A DNA stretch of 64,000 bases from Antedon mediterranea (Eukaryota > Animalia > Echinodermata): NCBI RefSeq assembly GCF_964355755.1, contig NC_092680.1, forward strand, positions 16,749,045 to 16,813,044. Reading direction: 5' to 3'. Made by a program: the position numbers and the translations under genes. Positions 36,924 to 50,579 of the stretch are shown piece after piece (the first letter of the stretch is position 1; each line of letters starts with the position of its first letter). Under the pieces are notes generated by a model, which saw nothing but the letters and a program-made list of their open reading frames with translations, searched no databases and was not told the origin of the DNA.

Positions 36924-39900
36924 TTATTCTTCTTTTGATTTGGGCAAATTGCTTGCATCAGAGGGAATATTTTTAAAGTAATTCTGCCAGTGAAATTTCT
37001 CTCCTCGAAAGCAATTATCAATGTCCGGTAAAGTACCTGATGTATAATACATCATGTAAAAATTGCACATTTCGTCATCTGACGTGGCTCTAAAAACGAA
37101 AAAAAAAATGTATAAGAAAATATGATTAGATTTGTTTTTCTCGGAAATACAATACACTCCTTTAATGGTTGTATGGTGGTACGCGTCATGTCTCATATAG
37201 AACAAGGAGTTGTTTATATCTATGATTTATTTGAGACCTGAAAGACTGAAATCATTTTTCCCACTTCGATCTCATAAATTAATGAAACGTAACGTTTTTG
37301 GGATCCCCACTTTTTATACTTGGTTAAAAATGCACAAACGGGTTTCATACAGACACAGATAGACTTTACAAGATCGCAGTTCAGGATAACAATAATGATA
37401 ATGATATTGAAAACTTAACAATGTAGGTAAATACATCTAACAGATTATCTCTGAAAATGTTTATTATAGCAACGTATCTCTGTACGGTTCGTACGTTTCG
37501 ACGATGACAGGAGTCTAAAGCTTCGTTAAATTTTGGCTTACATTTAATTTAGGCTTTGATATCTTGGAATTATTTTGAAAGAAATGTTTCTAGAAGAGCT
37601 TGTCAGTCATGATTAGGCCTATATAACACTCGTCAGGAGCAACAGAATGCACACTTTATTTGTATAAGTTGTTTGTGTTTAGGTTCAGAATTTTTCGACA
37701 AGTAAAAACTTACCCAGTGAAAACGGTCTTGTCCATATCATTTACCATGGTGCATCTTGCTGCCTGTAAAATTATTAAAACAGTAACACTATTATAATTA
37801 CGTAATACTAGGCCTAATTATTATTGTTATTGTCACGGATTCCCATATGACACTTTTGCAACTTCTGTTACTGCTCATGTTATGATATCAATTGCTGCTG
37901 AAATGGGTGCGACCAGATGTTTATTAGTATTAGATCTCGTAATCGTGAGAGTTAATATTTCACTTACTAAGATGTCACCATACTCAATCGTCATGTTCTT
38001 CTCAATCGGATAAAACATCTAGATAAATTAAAACGAAAGAAGATATTTTAAATATATAACATGTAAAGCTAAATCTTCTATCTAGGCCGACATGATTGTG
38101 TATGTGTGTTTGTTTTTGTTGTTGTTTTGTTTTTTTATTTGTATACTGTGCACCCATGTGGATATAATAAAGGAAATGCAGATTATGCCATATTATGACT
38201 ACCTTTAGCAACAATAGAGCCTAATCGGAGCAAATGATGAACATATTATATGAAAAAGCATGTTACTGTACATTAAAAAGGGAAAGAAAAAAGAAAGTAA
38301 AGCACAATCAACTTCAAAAATGATAATTTCATGAACTTGGGAAAAATGGGAAATATTGATTTGTTCTCCTCGCATAGTATCGTGTCATTATGATAATATA
38401 TATTTAGGAAAATTGCTAACGATAACCATAAACAAATTCATTCATTTTTCGTGGGCATCTTGTTCACATGTCAAATAGATGGTTTGCGGAGCAATTTGTT
38501 TACATCTGAGGCAAAAAACACCTCTTTACTAAAATAATGATCTAGCTTACCTCTGGCTTGTGTGGGTCCTGTCGTCCAATTTCAGTCCATTGTTGGTTTC
38601 GTATACGGTACGCCGAAACTACTTTGCCTATGAATAGAGAAGAATGAAAGTGTAACGGGGAATATACCGATACACATTTCCGAGGCTGTGTGGCTCTTCT
38701 CAGTGCTTAATTTATATTTCTTGATTATTTTTTTATTTATGTTATCTTTTAAAATTGTTTTATGATGATGGTGTGCTGTGATGATGTAATTTATATGGCT
38801 TGTAAATTGTTTCTGAAATAAAGTTTATTATTTATTAATACTTATCGACTAACTAAACGGGTGTCTTTGTATTCATAATAAGAAGGTACATTCGACCTTT
38901 GACAATGTAAGATACATTTGTGATTGTTCAATACTTAATTATGATTTCTTAATGTTTAGATTGGGTATAAAGCGTTACTTTGTATTTTACAGAGACTATT
39001 TATCCCTGATGAATACAATTATCGCGTGTACTGCATTGAGTTCAATTCGTAGAACGTTATAACTTTTTTAATTATAGTATAAACTCTAGACTTTTTTCAA
39101 TCATTTTAATTTGAAGATTTTTTTTTAGTATAATCGATAAAAAGTAAGCAAAAATTATGATGATACAAATGTGTTACTGATATCAATATGTCACAATAAT
39201 AACTATATGCAGTTGTATTGTAAGTCTAAAATGAAATAAAAGATGGCAAGTTTAATTCAGACTAGTTTACAATTGATGTTAGGCCCTATATGTTATAAAT
39301 TTAATGTAATCATAGTAATGTGAAATTTAATTAAATCGATAAAATCTCCTCAACTATTCTAATTTAATTTCAAAATGTGTTACTGTCATTAATTATTAGC
39401 TATAAACTATATGTACATGTATTGAAATTCTAAAATGAATCAATATTATATCTATCGCCAGAAGGGTTTATTGTACTTTAATTACCATTTTTAGTTTAAT
39501 AAATTATCCCTACACAACACAGTCATATAAAACTATCAAACAGTAATGATGACAGTAATTCAGATGAAAATTTAAACTAATGCGGTTTGCATTGGATTCG
39601 ACAAACTTGTTATCTTCATCAATTTCGAGAACAACATGGTAAAGTTGGCATTATGTCTTTGTATGCTTTATGCATTCATTTGTGAAAAAGGTAAGGCATT
39701 ATTTCATATGTGTAAATAAATGACCGTATGGTGTTTGTAATGTCCATTTGATAAAGCTGGGTTTTCATTAGTACGTAAGCGCAACTAATTTAATAGGCTT
39801 GTGATTGTTCAACTCACTTGCGTTGCGCTTACGTCATTACGTTGCACTTACGTCCCAGTGGGAACAGGTTTAATCAGGGACTGATAATTTGTGTATTACG

Positions 39901-42900
39901 TAAACAAGGATTGTACGACATTTAGGCCAAAAATATTATACTAAGGCATTTTAACAACAGGACACTGAGCCAAGATAGGAACTCATACTTGTCTTTTGAT
40001 CTTATGTCTGGATGCGACAAATACCAACAGTATGTACTATGTACATATTCTTCGCGGCACACACAGCTGCAGATAAAACTCTTGATCTCCGGAGCTCAGC
40101 ATCCTGGTGTTAGATTGTCTTACTTTTTCCCAAAAACGATAAAGGGAAGACTTTATGTTAATTTTATCATTCTTTCTATTATGTTACAGTAATAAATAAT
40201 ATATTTTATCTTTATAGGGGAGACGGCAATTTATAGAATTTCAGGTAAAGTTGCCACTCAAATAACTACCGTATCAATCAAACGATAATCATTATTATGA
40301 TATTGTAATTAGTGAAATATTAGATGGTGTACCGGGTGTGCTGTCTTTTAAATAGAAAATTTGATTTGAAATCTTTGTATATCTTTGTCATGGAATGGAA
40401 TAATGAAAAAAAGTGGGCTACACCAACGAAAGAGAAAAAGGTAATTACGATCTGAGCATTGTAATTTAAATTGTACTAATGGTTTTGATACAGTTTTTTT
40501 TTATATAATATTATTTTTTTAACATAATCAGAAGGCGATTCTGAATTGATATACGACGGCTCACGGTACACCGTTGTGATTTTCGACCGGCTTAAATGGA
40601 TAGAAGCAAGGCAATTCTGTACGTCTTATGGTGAACATCTCGTTAGCCTAACGACCGTCAAAGAAGCTACTGAGGTCGTCAACTTTATGCAAACAAACTA
40701 TCCAGATACCTCGTTTGTTATTGGTCTTTCTCGAGAAGCAGGTTTGAACAAATCTGTCGATTTAAATTGGATGTGGGAAACAGGAGAGCACCTTGATTCA
40801 AGTATACTAAATTGGAAACCTGGGCAGCCAGATGAAGATGACGCCTACTCGGCTGTGGTTAAATTTTCAGACGGATACTTGAAGGATCGTGTGCAGTCTT
40901 CGAATATGTTCACGAAGTTTTTCATTTGTGAAACAGGTAGGCCTACAGAAGGTCACATTAGTTGTACTGTACATTGATATAAAGTTTGCGGTACACACGT
41001 GGGAATATAGTTCTGCTATACAAACCTTCAAAGGATATAATACGTCCCTATAGTGTTGTGATCATAACGGTATATTGTTACAGCTTCGCAGAAGACAGGG
41101 CTTTAAACCTCAGTGCAACGTCTGTACCTTACGTGATCTTCATTTAGATTACAAATGTTACGTGTTATTTTAATTTATTTAATTACAGAGCGCCGTTTTA
41201 GAAATTTCAATATTGTCAACAAATATGCCTAGGCCTACATTTTGTTTCTGACAAAAGGTTATTTTGTTATGTCTCAAACGGCGCCTCGTAAAATAATGCC
41301 TCTTAATTATTAACAAATATGTTTTTTACTTCCAATAATAATAATAGGAAATGTTGTCTATTTTTCCATCTTAATTCAGATCTATTGAGTCTTATTTCGA
41401 GATTTTTCGTCGTCGGCGATAAGAAACGTTTAAACACGCCTGAATATTTGAGATGTGCTATACGTTGCCAGAGAGATTACGGCTGTAATGGGTTTTATGT
41501 AGATGACGCAGTGTGCCACATTGAAATGGAAAAAGTGAACATACAGCACTCAAACAAAGCAGGGATATATTAGAATAAACGCAAAGATGCATTTAAAGCT
41601 CAGGTACAGGCATGAATTTTAAACATAATATCTGGTTAATTGTACATAAATCTAATATTTGTAACAGAAATCAAGACGAAAAAACATGAATTTCCCCTAT
41701 TATGGTCAAATACAAAATTTGGCAAAATTCTGCCAAAAAAACTAGGAAGACTTTTTTTCAGTAGATAGGTAGTTAACATAATGTAATAACCTTCTAGGTG
41801 ACTCCCTAGAAGGTGAAAAAAGATAGTGGATATACGGTGGATAATTTTTGCTATAACATGAAAATAAAATTCTAAAGTTGAATAAAAATACCAGAAATGT
41901 AAAATTCAAGTTATATTACCTATATTTAGTCATCTGATAACATTTTTTACCACACCGTTTATTTTTCATAGCTTTTTAAAATGCCTCTCTATTTTCAAAA
42001 TTTGTGTACAAAAGAATAGAGATTTTACTGTGTAATTTGAACTATCCCCCCACTGATAAGAAAGTGGTAATTTTCAAAAAGCTTGTGTAAACACAAATAA
42101 AATCCCAAAAATTATGAAACATAGGGGAAACTATAGATCGATAATTATTGGAATGTATGATCAATAGAAATTTTTTGCCCGCACCTGGCCTTTAAGGTTT
42201 TGCGTGACATCTTGTGTTTCCTTCTGAAACGGGAAATAAAGTAGGCCTAAAATGAAGAAAGTCTCGACGTTTCGGTTGTTATTAGTGTTTATTCGTCATT
42301 CTCTCAGTGTCATTTCGAAATAATGGTGGTCTAGTAGTAAGCCTAAGAAGCCTAAAAACTACAGATATCACTCCTTCTAAGTTTATGACATTATTGTTAT
42401 GTATATTTTAAGAGTAAGGAGTAGGCCCTACTAATAATTAAATAAATGGCATGTTTTAGTAGTACTTTAGTTTATTTCTCAAGATATAAATTAAGGTTAA
42501 AAAAATTATTTTACTTATTAGTATTATATTGAAAACAATTGCTACAATAAAGGTTGTTGGATATGTTATTATTCACAGAGTACAGGTAAGGTTGAAAATG
42601 TTTAACGTGTGTTCATAGATGATTTTAATTGAAATTTGACTGCTTTTATATTCATTGAACTTTAAACACTGTTGCACGTTATTTGACGAACATTCTGTCC
42701 TTCTAAACTCTGTCTACACTATCAAACTTTATGTGACAGCAAATGTGATGTCATATCACTACAATATTTGAGCATATCATTACCATGTTTAGCCACATCA
42801 CACTTTTTTTTGTCAAACTGTTTGATAGTGTAGACAGAGCTTTACCACACCAGCATCGACATGCTATTAGAGCACTGTTTATACGCACTATGGCTTGCAT

Positions 42901-45900
42901 TGAATTCCAACTTACCAAGTTTGTGTGTGTGAACACGGAACGCAAACGGATAAAGCACCTGTGAGTGCTCGTATGAACACGCCGACTCCATGTACACTTA
43001 AAGATAAGAGTTGTAAAAGATGAATATTAAAGGGAGCAGTGTAATTGCCATTCCACCATCAACAAAACAGGTATGTGTATACAAAAGATTGTACCAATTA
43101 TTATTTATTTAAAATCGACTGATTTTGATATACAACTAATGGATGGTTGATTAAAAAATCATCTTACCTGTTGAATGTCCAGGTACACGTCCTTCACTAC
43201 CAAGTAAATACACAGCGGCACTTAACCTTTTTCTGTGTAACATAAAAAAAATCGCTATGTTGTAAATAAAATAATGTTAATGAAAAAGTACAGCTTGTAA
43301 ACTATAAAAGTTAATCAATATACTTACGGTTGATCAGTGATTTGTAACGTTATTCCAGAGTCATCGATAAAGTGTTCTGTGAAAATAAATTGTTATAATA
43401 ATTGGTATAGTAAAAACTCATTTCTTTAAGAAACAACAATTAACAACAATCGCTGCTCGCACAAATAATATATGATGTAATTAATGTGATTAAATTCAGG
43501 GCTATTAGTCCAAAGTTCCAATTAAATTTTCATTCGTTTCAGTCTTTTCATCCATCTAGATACTTAAAAACATTAGCAAATTGCTGATAGGCCTAATACA
43601 TAGAATTTTGAGTATCAATTTATAAAGACGTACTTGTTTATTAAATATTAAAGATGCCACATCGTAGCACTGCTGCAATTTCCGTTCAAAAATCTTTCCG
43701 AATTTATCGTCATGCGACTTACTCACGATCTTCCACAATAGTGTATGAACATACACGTTATAATTTAATGCGCTGTGTGAGCACCATGTATCTATCTCTC
43801 TTGTGTCATAACTGATACAATTCTATGCCTTATTTACCTTTAATTTTGTCTCCAATCTTGCCATAATGAACTTGTAGAACTAGCTGGTTGATTCCAGTAT
43901 CACCACCAACTTCAAAGCCGACGTCTTTTGGTAGTTCAAGTGAAGGGGCATCCATTGCCCACGCATACAGGATCTTGGAGCCTTCGTCACATACCGGTCC
44001 ATCGTTGGAACTTGCCATTTCACCGCAGTTCCTAACATTGAGTACATTAAAACATAGTATCAGTACAGAACTACTACAAATGAACATTTTGAAATAATTT
44101 CATCTCCAGGATCCAAATTACGAAATTACAAAGTGGCGTTCTTTTTTTATTTTTCACTTTCATAAAACAGCAAAAATAATAAACAGAAAAACCATCGCGT
44201 GGACGAATGAAAGTGCTAAAGATAAAAGCCAGATGAAAATGTTAGTTAGTAACTTCAATTACACTTGGCATTTACACTGTTTTTATGGTACAATTCAGTT
44301 TTTATAAAGTTCATTTTACTGTTGTATAGTTACAGCTTCATAACGCTTGTTACGCAACGCAAGAACGTAAGCGCGACGTATTGGTTAAAACGCTTGCGTT
44401 GTGTTTACGTCCTTGCGTTACGTTCTAGTGGGAACCAAGCTCTAATGAACGGAGACGGAGCTGTAAATCATAGAGTACAGTACAAGGAAGTGAACGCATG
44501 TAACGCGCATGTATACAGGTGTACATACCAGGTGTTATTACGGCTTCCTGGTTTACTACATCCATAGAGTAACATATGATGAGCTGTACCCATTTCAGCT
44601 TGGGGATCATAACCAACTTTAAAATAAAACAAATATTGTAAAAGCATAAATTATAATAAAGGTATACAGGTAGTAACAGGCGGGTAACACGCGTGTAATA
44701 CTCATACAGCACATAATAATTTAGCTCTGTTTACAATATCAAACATTTTGTGACAAGAAATGTGATATGCCCATGGACACGATGACGTCATATCACTACC
44801 ATAGTTTGATAGTGTAGACAGAGCTTTATCCTTAACATCGTGCGTCAAAGTGTGCTATAAAAAATTGTCATTAACACAGTGTATCAATATTAAAATAGAT
44901 TTAATTCAGAAGGCAAAAAGCGCTGATGGTTATTAGTTTAATTCACACATTATTTCGATAACTTTATTGACAATAATATTTGCATCAATGCTTACAAGAA
45001 ATATTAAGTAATAAAATGAGCTTTTTAAAGGTTACATTGTGTCCCCACGGAGAAATGAATTGTAGACTTATATAATTTAACTGATTAATTCTGAAGTATT
45101 AAACGCGTGAACATCATCTGCGCATGTTCACAAACTGATATCTGAGTCTTAGTTTTTTACAAATATAATATATGCCTAAGCTCTACTCACTTATAAAAAC
45201 AGACCGATCCATCGGCATCTCAAGTGCGTGACAAAAATATTCATTTTCCTTAACAGAAATAAATATTACAAATTATTGTTAATATCAAATTACAATTAAG
45301 CCTATGTACGTGCAAGTCGTCACAACTGGTATCTATTCATAGTCAATGACGTAATTCTTGGTCGGTGTTCATAAAGTCCACTCTTCGAGAGACTATTTTG
45401 ATCATTAATTATCCACCACCGGTGTTTTGCATTGCCCCATCCCATTTGAAAATTGGATGATGACACCGAAAGAAGAGAATCTGAGAGCCAATATTTAAAA
45501 TTGTGAATATCTCACCATTATTGTTATATACATTGTTGTACAGTTTAGCATAGATTGTTAAAACTCTTTGCATTTTGAGTAAGTAGTAGGTATATAGGCC
45601 TCCTACATAATAAATTAACATTTTTTAATAATTGAATCTGCGCGTTCTACAACATTCAAAACACATTGTTGATATCATTTTTCCTCCATGGTCATACGGA
45701 TAGTATAGTTTATTTTACGATAGTTTATCAGAAAAGCTATAAATCATATAATATATATAAACTTTATATGGTATAAAAGAAGAAAATTATTGTTGTAATT
45801 TATGTTAGATAATATGTAATCGTTTATTGTTGTGTCCATCTAAAAACGGTTTGTTTTCAGAGACATAAGATAATAACTTTTACTTACATGTGTCGGTTGA

Positions 45901-46184
45901 ACATTTGGCATTCGTATATCAACGTTTATAACATGTACATCATCATCATCTTCTTGGATTTCGTTCGTATCCTCCTCCTGCTTGTCTTGTTTTGAGTCGC
46001 TTTCAAACGTTTCAGAGGCACTGTATTCAAAGCCGATGTTGTTTTCCGAATAATCCACTTGGCTGTAGCGTTCATTCAATTTTTGTTTCAAATAATTTAT
46101 CTGCGATTGTGTCAAACAATTAGACTGGTGTACGAAAACAACAGCAAGTACCATGAAACATGTACAAATCGTTTTCTTCGCCAT
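36924..46184 (-). CDS. PHM: Peptidylglycine alpha-hydroxylating monooxygenase (monofunctional PHM), about 11 coding exons (near 45887-46184, 45191-45248, 44529-44616, 43838-44031, 43328-43377, 43168-43232, 42915-42996, 38551-38627, 37968-38018, 37714-37764, 36924-37088)
   Basis: Signal peptide; DIRMPNVQP; CuH ligands (TAHHMLLYGC, VLQVHY); ILYAWAMDAP; CuM ligands (FAFRVHTH, DEMCNFYMMYY); stop after the catalytic core, no PAL domain seen. Confidence 0.93.
39636..41573 (+). CDS. Secreted C-type lectin-domain protein with C-terminal PAN/apple-like segment, nested antisense in a PHM intron; exons 39636-39690, 40218-40244, 40532-40936, 41380-41573
   Basis: Signal peptide MVKLALCLCMLYAF; CTLD (W.EARQFC...HLVSL...IGLS...WMW...NWKPGQPD...FICE); CAIRCQRDYGCNGF...C; all introns phase 1 GT-AG. 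Confidence 0.85.
41593..42195. mobile_element. TTAA-flanked non-autonomous TIR element (Kolobok-like)
   Basis: TTAA|agctcaggtacagg ... cccgcacctggcct|TTAA imperfect TIRs. Confidence 0.55.
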
Positions 46185-46839
46185 GTTGTTGTTATAGTTT
46201 AAAATTTTCAAAGAATAGCAGCTACTCGTTACGTTTCCGTCTTAACAGAACTGTATGTATTATCTATGATAAAATATTCTTGTTACTAATGGATACGTCG
46301 ATTCAGTTGAATTAATGAAACACGCATTGGCGTTTCCGCGTCGTAATGACGTATTGCTTGCTAATTAAATATGAAGACATGCTCGTAATTTTTAATAGCA
46401 TTGTATATTCATAACTGAGTAATGTGATATAAATCGGTATCATTAGCTTACGATTAAAAAAATTCATTGCGTCCACAAATATAATTAATATAATTGTAAT
46501 ACATTCGTATGTCATACATTTTCAATGTCATCAACATTTTTATTTTGTAACTGATATTAGAATTGTTTTGTTTTACATAGCACCACCTACTCTATTATAC
46601 TTACCGCCTACACAATCTAAAATGATATTAATAAATTAAAATAATTATCGACGCGTATATTAGTTAAAGCTCAGTAGCTCTAAATGCAACGGCTGAGTAT
46701 TATGAATAATACCGTAGAACAAAAATTATACTCTTGATATCCTATTTGTTGGTATAGCATCTGGAAGGTATGACTTAGTGGGTAGATGATATAAATTGTA
46801 TTAAGAATATGTTTTAAAAAGGAAATTCGGATTAGGCCC

Positions 46840-47184
46840 TCCACGGACCCACGGCAGCCAGCAGTGCAGCGCCTACCAGATCAGCACACCGGGAGACGAT
46901 CCCCTACTATTTTCGAATAGTGTACCAAGTTCTTTAACGTGCACTGTTAGTACACGGGACCAACGGCTTTACATCCCATCCGAAGGACGAGGCAATGAGA
47001 GTAAAGCACCTTGGCTTAGGATGCAATTAGTATGGTACAGATAACCTCGTACCCATGCCTATCACATGCTAGTACGATATTACCATTACACCATCACTCT
47101 CCAGTATATACAGCACCCGCCGCGATTTCTAGACGGTCTCCCATCCAGAACGCAACCAGGCCCAACGTTGCTTAACTTCGGTGA
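46840..47184 (-). mobile_element. SINE with Deu/Nin-type central domain, preceded by tRNA-like and 5S-like segments
   Basis: Minus strand ggatgtaaagccgttggtcccgtg...gcacgttaaagaac...cactattcgaaaatagtagggg...cccggtgt resembles the DeuSINE core as I recall it. Confidence 0.65.
47109..47184 (-). pseudogene. Degenerate 5S rRNA-derived fragment (3' two-thirds)
   Basis: tcaccgaagttaagcaacgttgggcctggttgcgttctggatgggagaccgtctagaaat...ggtgctgta resembles the 5S internal control region (A box, IE, C box). Confidence 0.8.
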
Positions 47185-48369
47185 AACATATCACTATACT
47201 TTAATTTTCTTTATTATGTAACTATGATACTATTGTTCATTCTGAAGTCAAAAAATTCGTTTCCTTATATAAATAGTACCAGTTTACAACTGCTAAACTA
47301 AACTTTGCCAAGCCTGGTTCACAGGCAACCGGTTCTTGTACGGTGTCGATCATGTCTAATAATAATGAGATAAACCGGGCTTATTTGTAATACAACGTAT
47401 CCTTTATTCAGCATTGTTTTAGTATTTTTTCGAAAACAATATCTCAACAATCTGAAAACATTAAATATTCAGAAGAAAAAAATCAGAATTATACTAAAAG
47501 TAAAAACTCGGATCTTAATAATTACTAGTTTATATCTTTTTATCCAGTCTATTTTAACACAAAAGAAAGGAACGTTGGTATTTTCCGAACATTTGAAGCG
47601 CTTTGTTTTTTGTTGTTTTTTTAACGAAGCTATGAGATTTAGGCCTACTACATGAGAATGTTTTAAAAGTCAAATCGCCTTTTAAAAAAAACAAAAGCCA
47701 TGTGATTATATGCATTCGATTATTTTAATCATTGTTGGTCAATTGAAGATGAAATTGCGTAAGATTTAAAAAAAAAACATACAGAAGTTTAAAAATATGC
47801 GTTTAGAATGTCAATTTTTTTTATTTTGTTTGCCAAGTGAACAGTTTCGCAAAGGCATTGTATAACTTAAAATGTTAAAGATGTATTGTCCCCCTGAAAA
47901 TATAATTCTTAACAACATTTTTGTTGAATATGCCATTTTAATGTAACATAATAGTTATCCACTTTGTCCAAAAATTTGATCGAACAAAATTTTATTTACC
48001 TGAAAAAACTGTAATTTAAAGCAAAAAATTGGCTGCCAGCCAATGTTTTTTTGGTTGAATTTAACCATTCATTTTGTCATTTTATAAGTGAAAACATTAT
48101 TTTTTTTATTTTTTTTCTATGGAAGTTTTTAACTTTATTAAAACTACAAAATAACATATTCCAAGTCTGATTTAATTAATCTTCATTTTTCATGTTTTGG
48201 GGGGAAAATACATTTTTAATACTTCAGAACATAATTATAGTATTATACTATTATGTTAAGCACATGACAGTAAGTATACTTGGCCATAAGTAGAACATAG
48301 TTATATTGCACAAACAAATGGGGTAGATGTCACAGCGAGTGTAGATGCCGGTGCAAGAAAAAATGTTTA

Positions 48370-49320
48370 CTAACAAGATGTGCCGCTTGTTGATTTTGTA
48401 GCTCTGGTAGACGTTTTGTTAAAAAGACGGCTTAGAGCATATGAAAATTGCCGGAGACGACACACATATATAAACGGATTCACCGCCGAACTCGTATTCA
48501 CCAGAGCCTCTGCAATCAGAATATACCAATACATATCAGATCTTTGATATCCAGAATATACGACCGGTTTCAGAGCGTGAGGCAAAAACGTTATACCGAA
48601 TGCACAGACGATCAAAGCACTTGTTTTTGCCGCTTTGAATCTTTTACGAACAATCTTACGTGTGCTTAATGAAATACTCTCTATGTTTGCATTATGTTTC
48701 CTTGCTTCTAAAACAATTCTGAAGTACATTATTATCAATAGGAGAGTACCAATAGAAACCATGGCTAAAGTTACGTAACCTTGAGCTATAAAAGCGTGTC
48801 GACTTGGCAGATAGCAAAGGAAAATTCCTTCAATCGTTTTAGTTTCCCCGAAAAATGGCATGGTGCCGTAAAAGCAACCCAAAATCCACGAAAAAGCAAT
48901 AGAAAAGTAGATTCTACGTAAAGTTATAAGTTTATGATAATGTAGCGGTTTCATTATAGATACGTACCGATCCACTGTGATCAACAAAAGGTGGCAAAAA
49001 GAAATTGAAATAAAAATCTTTGAAGGAATGTACTGTATGTGGCATTTGCTCGGTAGGTACAGTGATCTTCTTGTTGAGATGTGACCCCACATAAACATGG
49101 GTACGGCGATAATTCCTGTGAGTAGGTCCACAAATGCTAAGCTGGCTAGTAACACAAATTGTGGATCTTCGAAATGTCGAGTTTGTCGAAAGAAAAAAAG
49201 AACAAGCGCATTCCCAGTAATAATGACAACATCCAATGGTATATACACTGACAAAACAACAATCAAATTTTCCCTCATATCGTCTGTCGTGATATTTGTG
49301 CCTGTTAAAACTGTATCCAT
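48370..49320 (-). CDS. Intronless class A (rhodopsin-like) GPCR, adenosine/aminergic-like orphan
   Basis: Seven TM segments with GN (TM1), LAFVDL (TM2), DRY, TM4 W, FLPH (TM6), NPFIY (TM7). First ATG at 49320 (MDTVLTGTNIT, N-glycosylation sequon). Confidence 0.93.
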   Translation of the reverse strand: MDTVLTGTNITTDDMRENLIVVLSVYIPLDVVIITGNALVLFFFRQTRHFEDPQFVLLASLAFVDLLTGIIAVPMFMWGHISTRRSLYLPSKCHIQYIPSKIFISISFCHLLLITVDRYVSIMKPLHYHKLITLRRIYFSIAFSWILGCFYGTMPFFGETKTIEGIFLCYLPSRHAFIAQGYVTLAMVSIGTLLLIIMYFRIVLEARKHNANIESISLSTRKIVRKRFKAAKTSALIVCAFGITFLPHALKPVVYSGYQRSDMYWYILIAEALVNTSSAVNPFIYVCRLRQFSYALSRLFNKTSTRATKSTSGTSC

Positions 49321-50579
49321 TGTGTACAGTGTATGCAAATAATGTGATGGTATTCTGAATACACTTGTTATTGAATTAAACAAACCTTTTCCTGTAACAA
49401 TATCCCACAACCAGTACTTTAATGTAGGTTGGTTGTTGATTTCCTGCAGTAAGCCTATATAGACCTATTTACAGTTATCCACTCCTATCTCCGTACATCA
49501 GCAATACATGTTTAATGATGTAAACAAAATGTCTTCCGCCATTCCATGAACTTTCAGAATCGAACACTGTATCGGAACTAAAATAAATATGTTGTGTTAA
49601 TAATTTTTGTTTCGTGTAAAAAAAAATAAAATGTCTAATTAAGTAATATTCGTGTTGCTTGTGTTCGAAAACATATGCTTCGTCGATGAAGAAGTATTTT
49701 ATATATTTAGGCCTAAGCTTAGAGTTTGCGAATTTTCTTTTTTGTTTTTCTGTTTGTAAGTTGTTTTTTTTTTATATGGATAAAATATTCCGAAATAAAA
49801 TTAATTGAAATTGAATTGATTTAAGTTTTAAAACACAAACACTGATCTTATGAATTTAAACGCTTAGACGTACCTACTTCTCTAAACATTTAAATCAAGT
49901 AAAAATTGAAAAACTGCACTTTTCAAAAGATAGTATCTGAATATACCGTGACTGCTGTATTAAGACAGCATTTGTTCGCAGTTGGATAAGATATATAGCT
50001 AAGCATTCTTTTTCCTGGAGCAACAACCATAGGCCTACACAAAATAGACTTACACGGTCTACAAGAAAATACCAAGATAATTTTAACTTGATCAGATATG
50101 GACAAGAAAAGATACGTCCACGATCATGTCATTATACATATATATATTTTTGAAATACAAAAATCAATAATGCCAGTCAAAATTCCAAAATTTTAACACA
50201 GACACAGAATTAAGTATAATTTGATTTGGAATAAATACAACGTGACAAGATAAAACACTAGTCAGTGATTATACAATAGTTGAGAGGCACCAGTCCTGAT
50301 GGTACGCATTCTTTGTAAACACATTGTGGCTGGCAAAATAATAATAATAATAATAATTGTAATGTGATGTAAACTATGTATTCGTGTTCTTGTATTATAA
50401 ATATAATAGATTTTATAAAACAATAAACAAACTTACAATTGTTTATTATACAAATCAATTTATTGTACAGTATTGTTATTTGGCCTCAACGGCTGCCCAT
50501 AGCTTGTGCATGCTCGCTCGAGCCTCGCTCGACTTAACTTTCGGCCGGCTAGCCGCTGATTGTTTTTTTGTTTTATAAT

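Noticed and set aside
47109-47184. Functional 5S rRNA gene
   Set aside because: The 5' third is missing and the remainder is substituted; treated as a pseudogene or SINE head
49321-49410. N-terminal extension of the GPCR in the ORF track
   Set aside because: Starts at a non-ATG codon; the first ATG is at 49320 and acceptor-like sites lie upstream
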